From Ophelia neglecta (Eukaryota), in NCBI GenBank assembly GCA_965285935.1, contig OZ260662.1, forward strand, positions 76,942,001 through 77,006,000: a stretch of DNA of 64,000 nucleotides, in the 5' to 3' direction. The translations under genes were made by a program, and so were the position numbers. Within the stretch, counting starts at the first letter, position 1. Every line of letters starts with the position of its first letter. The notes under the pieces were generated by a model. The model made no database searches. It was not told the DNA's origin and saw nothing but the letters and a program-made list of their open reading frames with translations. Of the stretch, positions 21,111 to 34,773 are shown piece by piece.

Positions 21111-24100
21111 TTTTTTATCCCCTTCTGTTTTGTCAATGTTTGTCACAAACCTTTTGTAAACCAACAGATTAAAAGTTATGGCCTTAGACTATGGAATAAC
21201 GAGGACAATAAATGAAGATACGGAAAGCATAGGAAACGACTTCACTGCATATGAAGAATGCAGGGAAATTGCTTTTCTCTAGTAGTGTTAGAACATGTAT
21301 AATCATAAATATTTGTCTGATTTAGGAATTTATATGTATGCGTTGGTTAATCTTTATTAACTTCTAGCTTTGCATGATAGCTTAATTGAACCATTATCTC
21401 TGTAGGAATACATAGGTCTATATGTATACGTTTGCTAATTCTTATTAATAATCTAGTTTAGCATTACAGTTTACATTTTTTTTCTCTATCATAAAAACAC
21501 TAAATATAGTTTGGAATAATTTCATCTGCTCCTTGTTTTATCCAGACCAGCCTATTAGGTGATACTTTTTCCTGGCACCCTTTTCCCTGATGATTTTATT
21601 TCTTGGGAAAATTGATACTTTTTACCTGATACTTATTTCCTGATACTTTCTGTGTGTGCACCCAATTCTGTGATCCCCTACCAATCCCCCCCCCCCTCCC
21701 ATCCCACCCCAATATATCATTGAAGTGCATAGCTAACTTTTCCTTTTGTCAAAATTAATTAAGATGTGACTTCCCAAACCTATAAGGATACTGGGTTGTA
21801 CCCAGATAGCATGTATTAAAATGTGTTTCCACTTGTGTTACAAGTGACTTACATAACTTGCATTTTCACAAGCCAAAGAGCAAATATGTTGCAATGGGTT
21901 TGTTCCACTTCCAAATGTGACACATTTTAAAGAAACAGTTTGATAAAAAAGAGCATGGCTCAATGTAACAAAATGAATCAACCAGGATCTTTGATAAAGT
22001 AATTCAGCTGGTCTAGGTTGCGTGAACATGTAAAAGGCTCAATATTGGCAGAAGAATGCCTTTTAATTCTACTTTCATAAACAAATTTTCCAGCCTGAAA
22101 CACATAAAAAGTCTGCATGGATATGGCCATTGCTTAGTTTACAGCTAGATCTGGGCAAATAAGACAATACAAAAATTAGACATTGGAGCCCAATACATAA
22201 CACAAATTTATTCTTTGAAAAATAATTGGGGAATGCAACTAAAGTTCCAGGGTTGATATTTATATCCTTTGAATTGCTATGATATAAAAGTCAAATATTT
22301 TCTTTCAGGACTGATGAGGGGTCCAATTTTTTTATTGTTGACCAACATTTCAATAAACTACATAAAATCGCTCACATTTTGTTTGGCAAAAAACAACATA
22401 TACGTATGGTACTTTTCAGCTGTCATCATTCGTAAATGGTATCAAAATAATACCACGGTACTCACATATCTACTGTAAAGACTGACCAGATGAGGGCAGC
22501 AATGAGGGCACAATGAACAATTTGATTTTAACAAAGAGGAAACCAAATTATTTAATTTTAAGCTGTTTTACAGGTACTGTATGGGTAGCATGTGTAGCAT
22601 GTAGAGTTGATATTTAGATTCTGGTTAACAGAATATATTTTATATGATCTGTTGCAACACTTCATGCCAATGCCAAGGTCTTATGGGAAACACTGAAGTA
22701 CATGTATATAGTAACAAAAATCCCTGAGGGGTAAGACCATTACAATCTGCTGGTAAATATATGTACTAACATTGTATTCAGTGTGTACCTACACTTATGG
22801 TGCATGTGGTCAGCTATTAGTAATACTCAATTAGATTCTAAAGACCTTACTTTGAGCCATGAACAATCAAAACTTTGGTCATCAAACCTGAATAGCAAAG
22901 TGCCCTTAAAGTGAGCTCACATAAGTGACCAAAACCTGTAGCACTATTCATTTGTGCTATTGCAGCACAAATTGTTTTCCTATAATTCAAATATATTGTA
23001 CTTTTTACCTGAATTCATATAAAGCCATTTTCAAATGAACTACTTTTCAAAAGGTAGCATGCTTGGTTATCTGAAGCAAGCTATGTTCATGTACTAATAC
23101 ATGTGAGACACCTAATACATGTGTAACACTCTTACATCTTGTTTTGATAACTGCACAGCCTGGATTCTTCTTCAGGGGAAGTGCTAACCTCAATATTGAG
23201 TAACATCGCACTGGATTAAAACATTTAACAAGCGTAGACCAATAACAATCAGGTGTGGTTCCAGTTGCATTGATTTTCCAGTTAGGGTAGATATACAAGG
23301 AAATATTTCTATTTCATTCTATTTCAATGGTGAATGACATTTTTTGTTGCAGCATTGCAGGTTGCAGCTTGAAACAGAAAACTATCTTTATCAATCTAGC
23401 CAAAGCATTAGAATTTCTTGGCCGTTTTTCTACAGACAAACAGTGTACCAGAACCACACACATTTTGTTGTTTAGCCTTAGTATGACTAGCAACAATTAG
23501 AGTTATTTCCAAACACTATTCTCAAAGCACCATCATCTGTTATACTTAATTCACTTTTCTTTAACACAACAATTAACTGAGATTACAGAGTAATAGCTCC
23601 AAAAATCAACAAAGGGACCCAGTATTTAGGTTTCTGATTGTAGTATCTCAATATATACCTTTCAATACACTGAAGAACAATCAATGGTTTCAAATAGAGA
23701 ACTCCTAATGTGAATACATTGATTTAAATTAGCATGCCCTATGCCTTTTTTCAGGCCAAAAAACCTCAGTTTCTGAATATTGTTTTTTTCTATGTTTCAT
23801 TTCAACATGCATTCACCACATATATACATATCAGAGACTAATGATACACATTTATAAAAGACCAGATAAATATTTATACCTAGATATACATTTAATGTAA
23901 TCACACCAATTTTTATATTCGATCCAAAACACTACTTAAGAAAAGTCTTCATTTATATATCTCCATTCAACAAATTACTGATAAAGATCTATGTCCTGTA
24001 TAAATAAAAATAATTCAATAGTTGATGTTTTTCTACATAATTTTATATTTACACAATGAAATACAGTGCACATGTAAGTATGACTGTATTTGTGATACAA

Positions 24101-25115
24101 ATTTGATTCTTCCAAAGTCTTGTATTTCAGATAATACAATAATATATAAATTCTAGTAGAGATATCATGGCTGTGGGAACAGCTGGAATGTTAATCGGAC
24201 GGAATGAAATAAATACAATGTACTAAAAACTTCATGTATATATCTATAATTTAAGTTGTATATTCATAAATAAATCTGACTATGATAGAAATAATACAAC
24301 AGTGTGCATCCCTATGAAAAAAAGACTGGAACAAATACTGAGAAAACATGCCACAAAACTTAATATTTCACCTTTCTAATTCCTCTTGCATTTAATGATG
24401 AAAGATGAGGCTATGAAAAATACTGCTAAGTTATATCAATCCTGTATGATATCATGGCAAGTATACAAACACAATAAAAACTAAAGTCAGCAGTACACAC
24501 TTAATCACATAGGTAGGAAAAACATTACTTATTAAATGTATATTTCGTCTACTCAAATAAAACATTTTCTTAGCAATAAGAACACATGCAAGTAGTAAAG
24601 CTTTGGAATGTAACATGTCATGTAAATGTTAAATGAGAGATCAACAGTATAATAATGACTAAACTCCCACTCTGTGGGAGTTGGCAACAACCAGCCGGCA
24701 AGCAACAACAGCCTCTACACTACAATGACATCTAGTTCCTAAGAGATAAAATAGTAAACATAGCGGAAATCTGTAGCTCCCTTTCTTGTAAGACTAAACT
24801 GGAGGACTGTCTGTAGGATAGGAGAGGTGGTGTTAAGTTGAGTGCATTCTCTCTAAGTCTATGATACCCTGCAGGCGAGCTAGTGGCCTGTTACAAGTAT
24901 GTGTGGACCCGTCTGAGGCAAATGATCTAGATTAACTGACTATGTAACTCTCCTACCTAGATAGTCACCTAATAACATCTTAACACTGACCACACTTCAT
25001 TGCCTAGATTAAGTACTGGCAGTTAAGCCACCCCTTGATGCTTAGATCTCGGTCTTTTCTAGTTATAAGCAAAGTTTGGTTGGCCTGGAGTCTTTTCAGC
25101 CCTCCTGCTGCAATT

Positions 25116-28100
25116 CTAGAACTGTGCTTTGGGTAAAATACAATAGCCTTCATCAGCTTTAGTCTTCAGTTGCAGAATATGAATACCAGCATTAAAACTG
25201 GAAACTGCAAGACTGAAAGAAATAGACACTATTGCATATAAGATTATTGGGCAAAGATCAGTATGCATGTTGATATATGTAAATCACTATTCAATTATGC
25301 TGTTAAAGATTATAATAATGTCTATCATATGAATGTATATCATGAAGATGAGAATAGGATTTTCATTTATAGTATCTTCATCATTGTATCAATTTTTTGC
25401 ATGATGAATAATTTGATATATATTCCAAATATGTCAAAAGATAAAGAAATTTAAAACAATAAATGTAAACCAATATTACCTCCCATCAGTGTATGGCCCA
25501 AGGGATGACAAGGGCCCTGACCCAGGAATGTCATAGCAGGCTATACACTCTGAATAGAATAACATTGAAAAATGTAAAATACACATGGGTGCAGGGATTA
25601 TATATTAACTAGGAAACTGTGACTGTTGTAATTCTTTTTAGTTTCACCTATAATAAAGGCATTTGACAAACACTTGTGATTACATACTTTAAAAAAATAT
25701 AATTTTAAAACATATATTTACCTTTGGTGTCACGATCCCACAGCCGTACACTGCAGTCATTGGAGCTGGTCACAACTAGATTACGATTACCACTGACACT
25801 GGAGGGGATGAACGCACATGCTCCAACTGACTCGTAATGACCCTTGAATTCATGGACAATTGAAGAATTTCTCACATCCCACAGCTAAAAGTATAATCCA
25901 AAAGTTTTAGCTGCTCGAGAGTTTAAAAATACTATTATCATACATACCCTTGCATAACCTTTTTTTTTTTTTTTTTTTTAAGGAATCAAAAGTACTATTC
26001 CTGGGTGAATTCTTTTCTTTAACAGATTTACAGTACTCAACATAAATTTGGTACAAATATATTTGAACAGTGAAATCATTCCATTCAGTAAAAGAGAGGT
26101 CAAAGGCATTTAATAGCCTAGACTTGATTATCATTTTGCTCGTTTGATTACACAATATAAGGCAGCATTCCTATTTCTTGTTTGGCTTCTGCCTTTGACT
26201 TGTTTCTCTTTTCCTACATACCGTAGCCTCACATCCTTGTCCCCCGAAGCCATTACTACAGGACAGAATATAGTTGTGGTCTTCACTGATGTCACAGCAA
26301 GTCTGGATGTATTGTTTCTTGGGAAATGTCTTGGTTACTTCTAATGTACGACCGTCCCACAACCTGAAAATGTATTCAGTCAATGACCAGCCCTACTAAT
26401 ACACTGTTTTGTTCTAGTACAGCTGTATAAATAGTGTGCTTGGCCAATTATAATAATTCATAGGTAAGGATGTGCTGGCTTATGTCTATGAAAATCTTGA
26501 AATAAAAATGTGTAATTAGAGAAGTAGATTTTACCGGACTTCCTTATCTTCCCCAGTCTGAGCAATGACATCTGTCCCAGCCGCCCATTTGACATGGGTA
26601 ATCTGTAAAACAAAATCCCAGCATTACTTCCATATGGGCATTCATTATCCAGACTTAAATATCTCTTATAAAAATGAACAAAATCTACTCTAACCAAGTT
26701 CCTGGAAATTGAGTTTTGGAGAACACACTGTCCAGTCTCAACGCTCCACAGCTTCATAAAATTGTCTCTGGATCCAGTGCAAAGCTGACTGTTTTCTGTC
26801 ATAATTAAAGAATACATCTTATATTAATTAAAATAGATTAAACACTAAGATCAGTTATCTAACAGGTCAAATTTAGCTAAAAAATGAAAGATGAAGAACA
26901 CAGCATTGTAATTTACCAGCATTAATGGTTAATCCGGTGACAACCATTTCATGACCCACAAAACTCAAGACAGGGTCAGAGATTCCAGACTGCCACATGT
27001 TAACATACTTGTCTCGCGAGGCACTCAAGTATGCATTGGCCTTAGCTGCATACAATACTTTAGTAACTTCCTTTTCATGGCCAGTCCATTTGCACAAGAC
27101 AGTTCCCTCTTTAAAATTATACAGCGCCACTGACTGCAAAAAATGATTCAATCATTAAATTTGTTTTAGAGTTACCAAGTACAATGCATAACTGTTAACC
27201 CAATTCCTCTTGGTTACCAGCAAAATCATAGTGAATCACTGATAGATATATTACAGCAGTTAATTTTAACTGATATATATAAACTTAAATTTCATCCCAA
27301 CTAGGGAAAATCCTTCCAAAATCTTTTTTCCTCTACAAACACTTGAAATTGAATAAAATAAGTGAAAAATTAAAATTTCACAATTTTGTTTTCCAATTTG
27401 GCACTGAAAAAATAGTCAAAGTCATATATAAAACAAAGCCATCAGAATCACAATAACATTGTGTCCTGACCCATACACTCCACACTACATTCAAAAGTAA
27501 ATCTTCACAAAAAATAGTATTTTTGGCATTTTGTCATTTTATTGCAACCAGACATATAGATAAAATGCATCTTTGCAATTCCGCACTATTACAGTTTGGG
27601 CATATGATAAGACTGAAAGGCTTATCAATATTGTTTCTTATCACAAGAATGTTTGCCAGACTCGTATGTAAGGGAGATATTGGCACATTCCTAGGGCACA
27701 GCCTCCTATGTGTTCTTTCATTGTGGTTTATGTAGACACCAGAAGTAAGATGGCGAGGTCAGTTGTCTGGCCATCATCATGACTTACAGTACATGCCAGT
27801 CTTTTTTCTTGACATTGAACAGCAAGATAGCTGATCATCTTAAACCACCCATGTGTCTAAGTAAGCATATGAGAAAGCATTGACTTTCAAGAGTTTGGTA
27901 CATCTGAAGGTCAGCATTTGCTTTCTGTGCCTATAGCACAAATTGGTCTGCCAATTCTAGGTCCTCTGAACATTTCATTAATCTACACACCCTGTCAGTG
28001 CAGGATTATAAATACATTAAGATTTGCACCAAGAACTAACCAGTTAATTTTAATGCTATATTACTTCCTCCCTGTCCATTTTAGCTCCACAGCATTGAAA

Positions 28101-29257
28101 ACTTCCATGATATTTTACTAAAAACTTTGCTGCCCCGACTGGGGAAGTAGCATAGGCAGTAAGATCTTATTACTTCAATTAAATACTGCATTCTTGAGGT
28201 CATATACATGTACATTTGACATAACGTGTCTCTACTGGGTACTGAGTTGAACAGTAGTATACATTTTTCATGCCTTCGATAAACCAAGTTCCTTATTTGT
28301 AAATGTGATTTTGGCAAGTACAAGTATTGCCACTATCGTGACCTGTCACAGCTTTTCTCTCCCATGCCTATACATTCGGTGTTGTAAATGCAGTAGTCAC
28401 TGGGAGGTTACAGCTCCGTCAGGTCAGATATTGTATTTCCACCCCTGGCAAAAAACAATCTTACCTTCAATTTATGGCTCTTTCACCTGTGCATTACTCG
28501 TGGGGTTGTAACGTGTGTTACATACATGTAAATAAGAGTGTAAACAACCAAATAGCATACCTTATCCTGACTACCTGAGAGACAGATGTTAGTTGATACA
28601 GGATGTACAGATGTAACGCCATCTGTGTGGATTGGTGGAAATACTTTGGTCTGGTATGGATCCTGTATGTCTTCGGCTTCAGTGACATATTTTTCTGATC
28701 GCCTGTAGCATAAAATAGCCGTGAAAGCAATTATTTTTGCCTCTGACATAGGAATTGTGCAATTGTGGCCACTAGCAAAAAATTAGCATATATATTATCT
28801 TTATAAATAAATATTTGTTCACTTTTATGCCTAAACAAATGTTTGATACATCAATCTTAATTTAAAGCATTCATAATTAAATTCAAAGACCAAATATAGG
28901 CTTATCAGTGATAAACATTCTTTTGAACTTCTAACTAATTATGCCTCCTGTTTTAAACTCTGTGGGTATAGATCAGCCGCTCAATGTGGAGACCGGGAGA
29001 GCACTGAGGTGAGAAATTCGGAGAAGCTGTCCGGTCATATTCATTCACAGAGGCTAGCTCTCCAGCGTAGGTAGCCCCCGTGGTAACTGCAGGCCTTCAT
29101 CTGTTCATGAATAGCCTGTTTTATTTAACTATTTATCTTGTAAGTACCATTTTCGGTTTTGTTGACATTGTCATGCATGTATGAGAACGGTCAACAACTT
29201 CAACGCTTACCCTTTCTTTGGCGATCTGGACGGCGACTTACTAAATAATTTCCCCAT
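25116..29257 (-). CDS. WDR31: WD repeat-containing protein 31
   Basis: Exons (minus): 29257-29211, 28702-28561, 27133-26917, 26795-26695, 26602-26535, 26363-26222, 25884-25722, 25549-25480, 25212-25116 (TAG); phases consistent. WD40 repeats with WDR31-like motifs [44 protein letters not shown] and SFNAGIH. Confidence 0.93.
28982..29113 (-). ncRNA. Candidate structured intronic RNA (H/ACA-like layout) in WDR31 intron 1
   Basis: Two adjacent hairpins. One has an 11-bp helix that is complete only on the minus strand through G-U pairs. An ANANNA-like hinge (AUAUGA) lies between them, and ACA follows the second hairpin. Folded by eye only. Confidence 0.3.
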
Positions 29258-29299
29258 TCCTTGTGGAAAGCATGAACATTTGTCCATTCCTTCTACTTT

Positions 29300-29410
29300 T
29301 TGACAGCCGGAAGTCATGGATTCCTTCTGGTCGTAATGCGCATGTCTGTATAGAGGGTCAAATTGCCGAATGGTTATGCGTTATCAGGTTATGTAAGGTT
29401 GAGGAAGTCA
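29300..29410. promoter_or_regulatory. Probable bidirectional promoter of WDR31 and the MFS gene
   Basis: CCGGAAGT (ETS/GABP-like, 29307-29314), TGCGCATG (NRF1-like, 29337-29344) and GGAAGT (29403-29408) lie between divergent ATGs 952 bp apart. Confidence 0.55.
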
Positions 29411-30208
29411 TGATCATGTGAGGCAAGTTAAAAACTTCAAAAGGAGCGTGATAGTGTCGAGCAAGGAGTTACAATATGCATTTAAGTTGTTAACAGAGTC
29501 ATAGATTTGATACTGGATTAAAAGGTGAGAGATGACAAACAAAAAACCCACATTATAATGACTAATTGAAGATGCTGGTACCCACCTTCCAGAACCACGC
29601 ACATTGGTATTCCGCACATTCTATGGTATAAAATGTTCTAGCTCCTTTCCTTCTACTACCAGATGTCCGAACCATCATAATCATCAAATTGTTTTTAAAA
29701 TATTATGCGGGTACACTGAGATGTAGTTATTACAGCACCAGCCAGTACGGCGGGGGGGGGGGGGTGGTTGGTTGGGATGGTAGGGTGTGTTACAAGATAA
29801 AAACTGTGAGTGCTTTTAACCTTTGTATTTGAGGCTGGGTCCCCATGTAGATCTATGTCTTCGACTCTTGGCATGTGTAGCAAAATGCTTCCCAGCAAAT
29901 CTTCAAAAATTGTTGTTAATTTTCCATGAATGTCTCAATTTTGGCCACCCCAGAAAATGCAGTATGTCCTTAAGGACATACTGCATTTTCTGGTGTGATT
30001 GGCTTCATACCAGCAGAAGCAGGCTTTGGTACTGATTCAGTTTTCAATTTAGAGACATATTCATTCAGTTACGGTTTTGGACAGGGACACCACATGATAC
30101 AACGTAGGATTGGATCTAGTTATCAGCCATTTTTGAAGCACAAGTACATGTATAGCCAGCTTAAGTCCGTTTTGTTTAAAAATGGCCAGTTCTCAATATG
30201 AAGGTGAC

Positions 30209-33200
30209 ATGTCGGAAAAATCACCTCTACCGATGAAGCCATTAGTTTATAATGGCCCCCATGGGACAGATTCAGATGATAGTAAAGAAAAGGAGTAAGA
30301 AAACCAGATATTCTGCATTTAGTTAACTACCAACTGTATAATATATAGCAGATTAAGAAGCTAATTACATAAAGTTGTATATGCATGTTATGTATACATT
30401 TAAAACCATTTGGCATCTATGCACTTTTGGCAGAACTGTAGTATGATGCCACATGATTCTAGTAAGTGCAATGTACTCTAATTTATTTTCATGATATTAA
30501 TAGGACAGTGGAAATTTTATTGTTCACTGGATCCCAGATGAATTAGTATAGCCTCGTCAAAAAGCGTTCGGAGAGCAAACCAAATAAAAGTTGTACAGCG
30601 TAATAATTCTATTTGATCAATGTTCAATAGGCTTCAGGTAAGTTATTGTATTAATTGTAGAAAGATGACTAAGTTTAAACTATTTCGGAACTTTTTACTT
30701 TACAGACCACCAAGGATGGCTGACACAAGAAAAGCAATAGCATACAGCATATATGTGCTGATTTTGCTTTTAATAGCCTATCTGCTCAATCAGTTGGACA
30801 GGTATATGATCAGTATTTGTACTAAGCCAATGGCTCAGGATATTCATTATGGAGATCAAGCTTGCATGCAGAATAGCAGTCAAAGTTCTTCTGGAAGAAT
30901 AAATTGTACTTCGACAAATGAAATAAGGTAAGTTTGAAATTCTTGGAATGTGCTTTAGATTGAAACAGTGTTGAAAGTACTAGCAAATGATTGTAAGAGC
31001 CAGAAAAGAAGTTAATTTTGGCTGTACTTTTATGTTTTTGTCTGTTGCTAGTAAAAAGTTTGGCTGTTTGGTATTTAGGCATTGCTACAATTAATGAAGC
31101 AGCAAGGATTAACATTACATTAAAATCAAGAATTATTGTGACACGTGCATTTAATATGAACTAAGTTTATTCTACCAACATAGTGATGGCTGGGGTTTCA
31201 TTTTACCAAAGACTTTTTGCATAACCAAGTATGCTGTGGTTTTTCCAACATGAAAGATAAATCACACTGTCATTCTTTTTCTATTTATTGCTTTTCTGAC
31301 ATTCAAACAATCATATGCTGACCCTATTTTAGTGAACCAACTAAATAATACAAGTAGACACATTCATTTTAACAATAATCATTTGTTTCTTTACAGCTGC
31401 GTTCGCGAAACAGACAAACAAGGAACCCAACACGTTTGTGAATGGAATTACAATGGTCAGGGTATAGAGTATGAGTTACTGGCTGGCCCAGTCTTCATTG
31501 TAGTTTACACTATCGCCGGAATTCCTCTTGGTTTTTTGGCTGATGTGTACAACAGGAAAAATATGCTTGCTGGTCTTTTGACTTTTTGGTCATTGATGAC
31601 TGTTCTTACTGGACTTGCCAAAGAATACTGGCATTTAGCAATCCTAAGATTTGCATTAGGTATTGGCCAGGCTGGATGCACCCCTCTCGCTACTTCATTA
31701 ATCGCTGACTACTTTGATATTAGCTGGAGGGCGTCTGCCATTGGGGTATACAACTGGGGAATCTATTTTGGGTATAGCTTAGCTTATGCTGTAGGAAATT
31801 TTGTGACATCAGCTGATATTCTTGGTCAGGTTTGTGTATTTACACATATTTCATTTGAATAGTAACATCATATAACATCAGTTTGAAATCAGTATGTAAC
31901 TTTTTAAAGCATTGAATCAGATGTGTCAATTTTTTTAGCAAAAGGTATATTATTTGGAACTTGTGGATATAATACTACTAACAAATGTGGTTGTCATGTA
32001 TATTTATGGACTATATGGTTTTCCAGGGATGGCGATGGGCATTCTATGTAAGCGGTATCCCAGGTCTTATCATCGGACCACTCATGTTCTTCTCTGTTAA
32101 AGAGCCTGAACGTCAAGTAAAAAAGAATTCTAAGGACTCTGCTGACTTGGAGGGACTGCTTGGGCCTGATACTGAAGTCACTTGTTGTAAAAAGGCAGCA
32201 GTGGTATTTAAAACATTCCTCAGCCCCTCTTTGCTACTACTTTGTTTGGCAGGCTCACTCAGAAATGCTGGTAGGTGATTGGGAATTGCTTTGCATAATT
32301 AGCGGGTATAATGTTTCTATTACATCTATATGCTTTGTGTGAGGGTATACTAGTATTCTTCCTGAGCCTCTCTTTCAATTTCGCTCTAACACTGAGAACA
32401 TTCCATTCAACCTGCAATAGAGAGATGCTGGTTCAAGGATTAAAACAAAAACTTCTGAGATCAAAGCCCCCAAAACAATGTCTTAAAATCCCAATAGAAT
32501 TTATTAAGCTGGTATGTGCTTTATGTAGTGAAATACATGAACCTCTTATCTTCTTTGGTGTTTTATATGTTCACAGAATCCATGCTTTTCAATTATTTTA
32601 TACATGCATGGCTATTATGATTATTGCCAGAAAGTCTGATTTTGCATGTGTATAATCATTTTTACATGCATTAGGTCTAGTGGTGATAAATCTTATTATA
32701 TATTTTTGTATATATTCAATCAATTCCCTGGCATTGGCTGGCAAAATTCAGTTTAAGGCATAGTTGAAATTGTTAGATTTAATAAGGGATATGTCCATGC
32801 TTGGCACCTTTATCACTGATAATCAATGATGGGTGCAAGTGGAAACAAGAAAAAAACAAACAGTTTACCAATTTTCCTTGTGCTTTTTATAAAAGGAGTC
32901 CAGAAGATTGTAGATTACTTTGAAGTCAATATTCTTTTTATTTTTACTTGATCACATGTTTTGAAATGCATTTTTCAGCTGGCTATGTATGGGCCTACAA
33001 CACTCAGGTGTACTATGAAAGTATTCACCAGACTCCAGAAGAGATAGGAAAATATATGGCCTGGATTCCACTTGTTGGAGGCTCCATAGGGGTAGTGTTG
33101 GGCGGTTTCATCTCTGACAGAGTGGTCAAGAGGGTTGGTCCCTATGCCCGAATAGTTGTGATTGTAGTCAGCCAGGTATGTAACATGTATTTTTGGTCAA

Positions 33201-34773
33201 TCCATTCACATAAAAGTTTTATAATAGATATTAAGCTACGGTGTCAACACAGGATTTTGTTTGAGCCAAAGATATGTCACACATGGCCGTAGCTGTCATA
33301 CCATGTTATTGATCGACATTATTTACATTTCAGTTATTGGCCGCCCCCTTTGTGGCTGGAGCCCTTTTCCTTGACCCTCCTTATGCTTACCTTATTCTCA
33401 TACCAGGGTACATTATTGGTAAGGATCACTGTATTTAATAATTAATATTACTTATACATGTTAATATATAATAAAACATGTAACAATCCTGGCCAATGTG
33501 ATTTAATTCCAATATTTAAAGTTACTTAAATAAATAATGTTCTTGCATCTTCTTTGAAAAGGTCATTTTTATTCAATGTGAACGGATTTATTTCCCATCA
33601 ACTGTGATTAGTTACCTACTCCCTGTGTACCCCTTTATCCTATGCCCCCCCCCTCTCCCCCAACAGAGCATTTAGGCTACTCATTGAATTATTTCTGCAT
33701 GAATTAAGGATTTAATATTCTGCACCTTTTTATTCCTTTTTCCCAGTGTGATTGGTCAGCAAATGACATATTTTTAGAGGAAATTTCAGATTTAAAAAAA
33801 AGTATTCTTTTAACCACACTATAGTAATAGTGACATTTTAATTATCTTTTGTAGATATAGGCCTACTCTGTACATGTATTAATAATTTCAATTATTATTT
33901 GATTTCAGGTGAGATGTGGGTTGGTATCACCTTGACTGTGCTAGTTGAGCTGGTGCCCACCAGCCTGAGAACTGTGGCAGTAGCAGTATATCTCTTTATT
34001 ATCAGTAACATTGGCGGCAATGTCCCACTGTTGGTACCAATTATACAGACCTCTTTCATCAATATTGGATACACTACAGTAGATGCTCTAAGAGGTAAAG
34101 TATTGTGGTTCAACATGATTTTTAGAATTATTAAGTTTTAAATTAATAACATTTGTATTTGTTGCAGTTGCTATTTCATATGTGAGCCTATAAGGTTGAT
34201 AGGGATGGGTTATAATGGTTTTAAAAGTTTGTTTGCTCTAAAGTACTGACTCAGAGGGTGTTCATATTTGTGTGTCTTTGTGTGGGGTTTGGGGGGGGGG
34301 CTGGGGCGGTGTTAAATCTTTTGATTGATTACTCCTAAAATTATTTACTGCCTAATGAATTGTCCCATGTCCCTCCTGTTAAGATCAAATAGTGTGTTAT
34401 GGGCACCACTGCTTTAGTTAATTGATACTTATTCATTGAATTAGTATTTATAGAATTATTTATTTTAACTGCAAATATTTATAAATATGGCAAAAAATTT
34501 AAACTAAATACCTTACCCATTATTTGTGTTAAACATAGATCTTGTTTGGTATAATATTTGTTTTTTCATTAACATAGATTACTTACCAGTTCTGAAATTT
34601 AATATATATATTTTTTTCTAATCTTAGCTGCCCTGTACATCTTGTATCCTGGCATGTACGTGGCCGGGGCAATTTTCTACTTCTTCACCATCCTGGTTAT
34701 GAAGTGGGACCTCAAGAGAGTTCAGAACAACTACGAATCAATTGAAGAAGATGTAGTGATTGAAAGTGATTAG
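30209..34773 (+). CDS. Major facilitator superfamily transporter, spinster-like
   Basis: Exons: 30209-30294, 30706-30927, 31397-31829, 32027-32270, 32979-33175, 33334-33418, 33909-34094, 34628-34773 (TAG); all GT-AG and in phase. MFS motifs LLNQLDRY, GFLADVYNRK (motif A), RFALGIGQA, LIADYF, GWRWAF, KEPER and GGFISDR. Confidence 0.9.

Noticed and set aside
24662-24682. Iron-responsive element
   Set aside because: A six-nt CAGAGU loop breaks the upper stem, and there is no bulged C.
27755-27785. C/D box snoRNA in WDR31 intron 2
   Set aside because: C-box-like ATGATGA is present, but there is no terminal D box at a suitable distance and no closing stem.
29040-29085. HDV/CPEB3-like ribozyme (GGGGGCU...AGCCUCU P1-like helix)
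   Set aside because: Only 17 nt lie inside P1, with no P2/P3/L3 arrangement that fits the fold.
29038-29113. SECIS-like AUGA/UGA tandem GA motif
   Set aside because: It is intronic, and none of the reconstructed genes has an in-frame UGA.
28982-29460. Full telomerase RNA gene
   Set aside because: A P6.1-like motif is present, but I found no CUAACCCU template or pseudoknot upstream on that strand, and the region runs into WDR31 exon 1.
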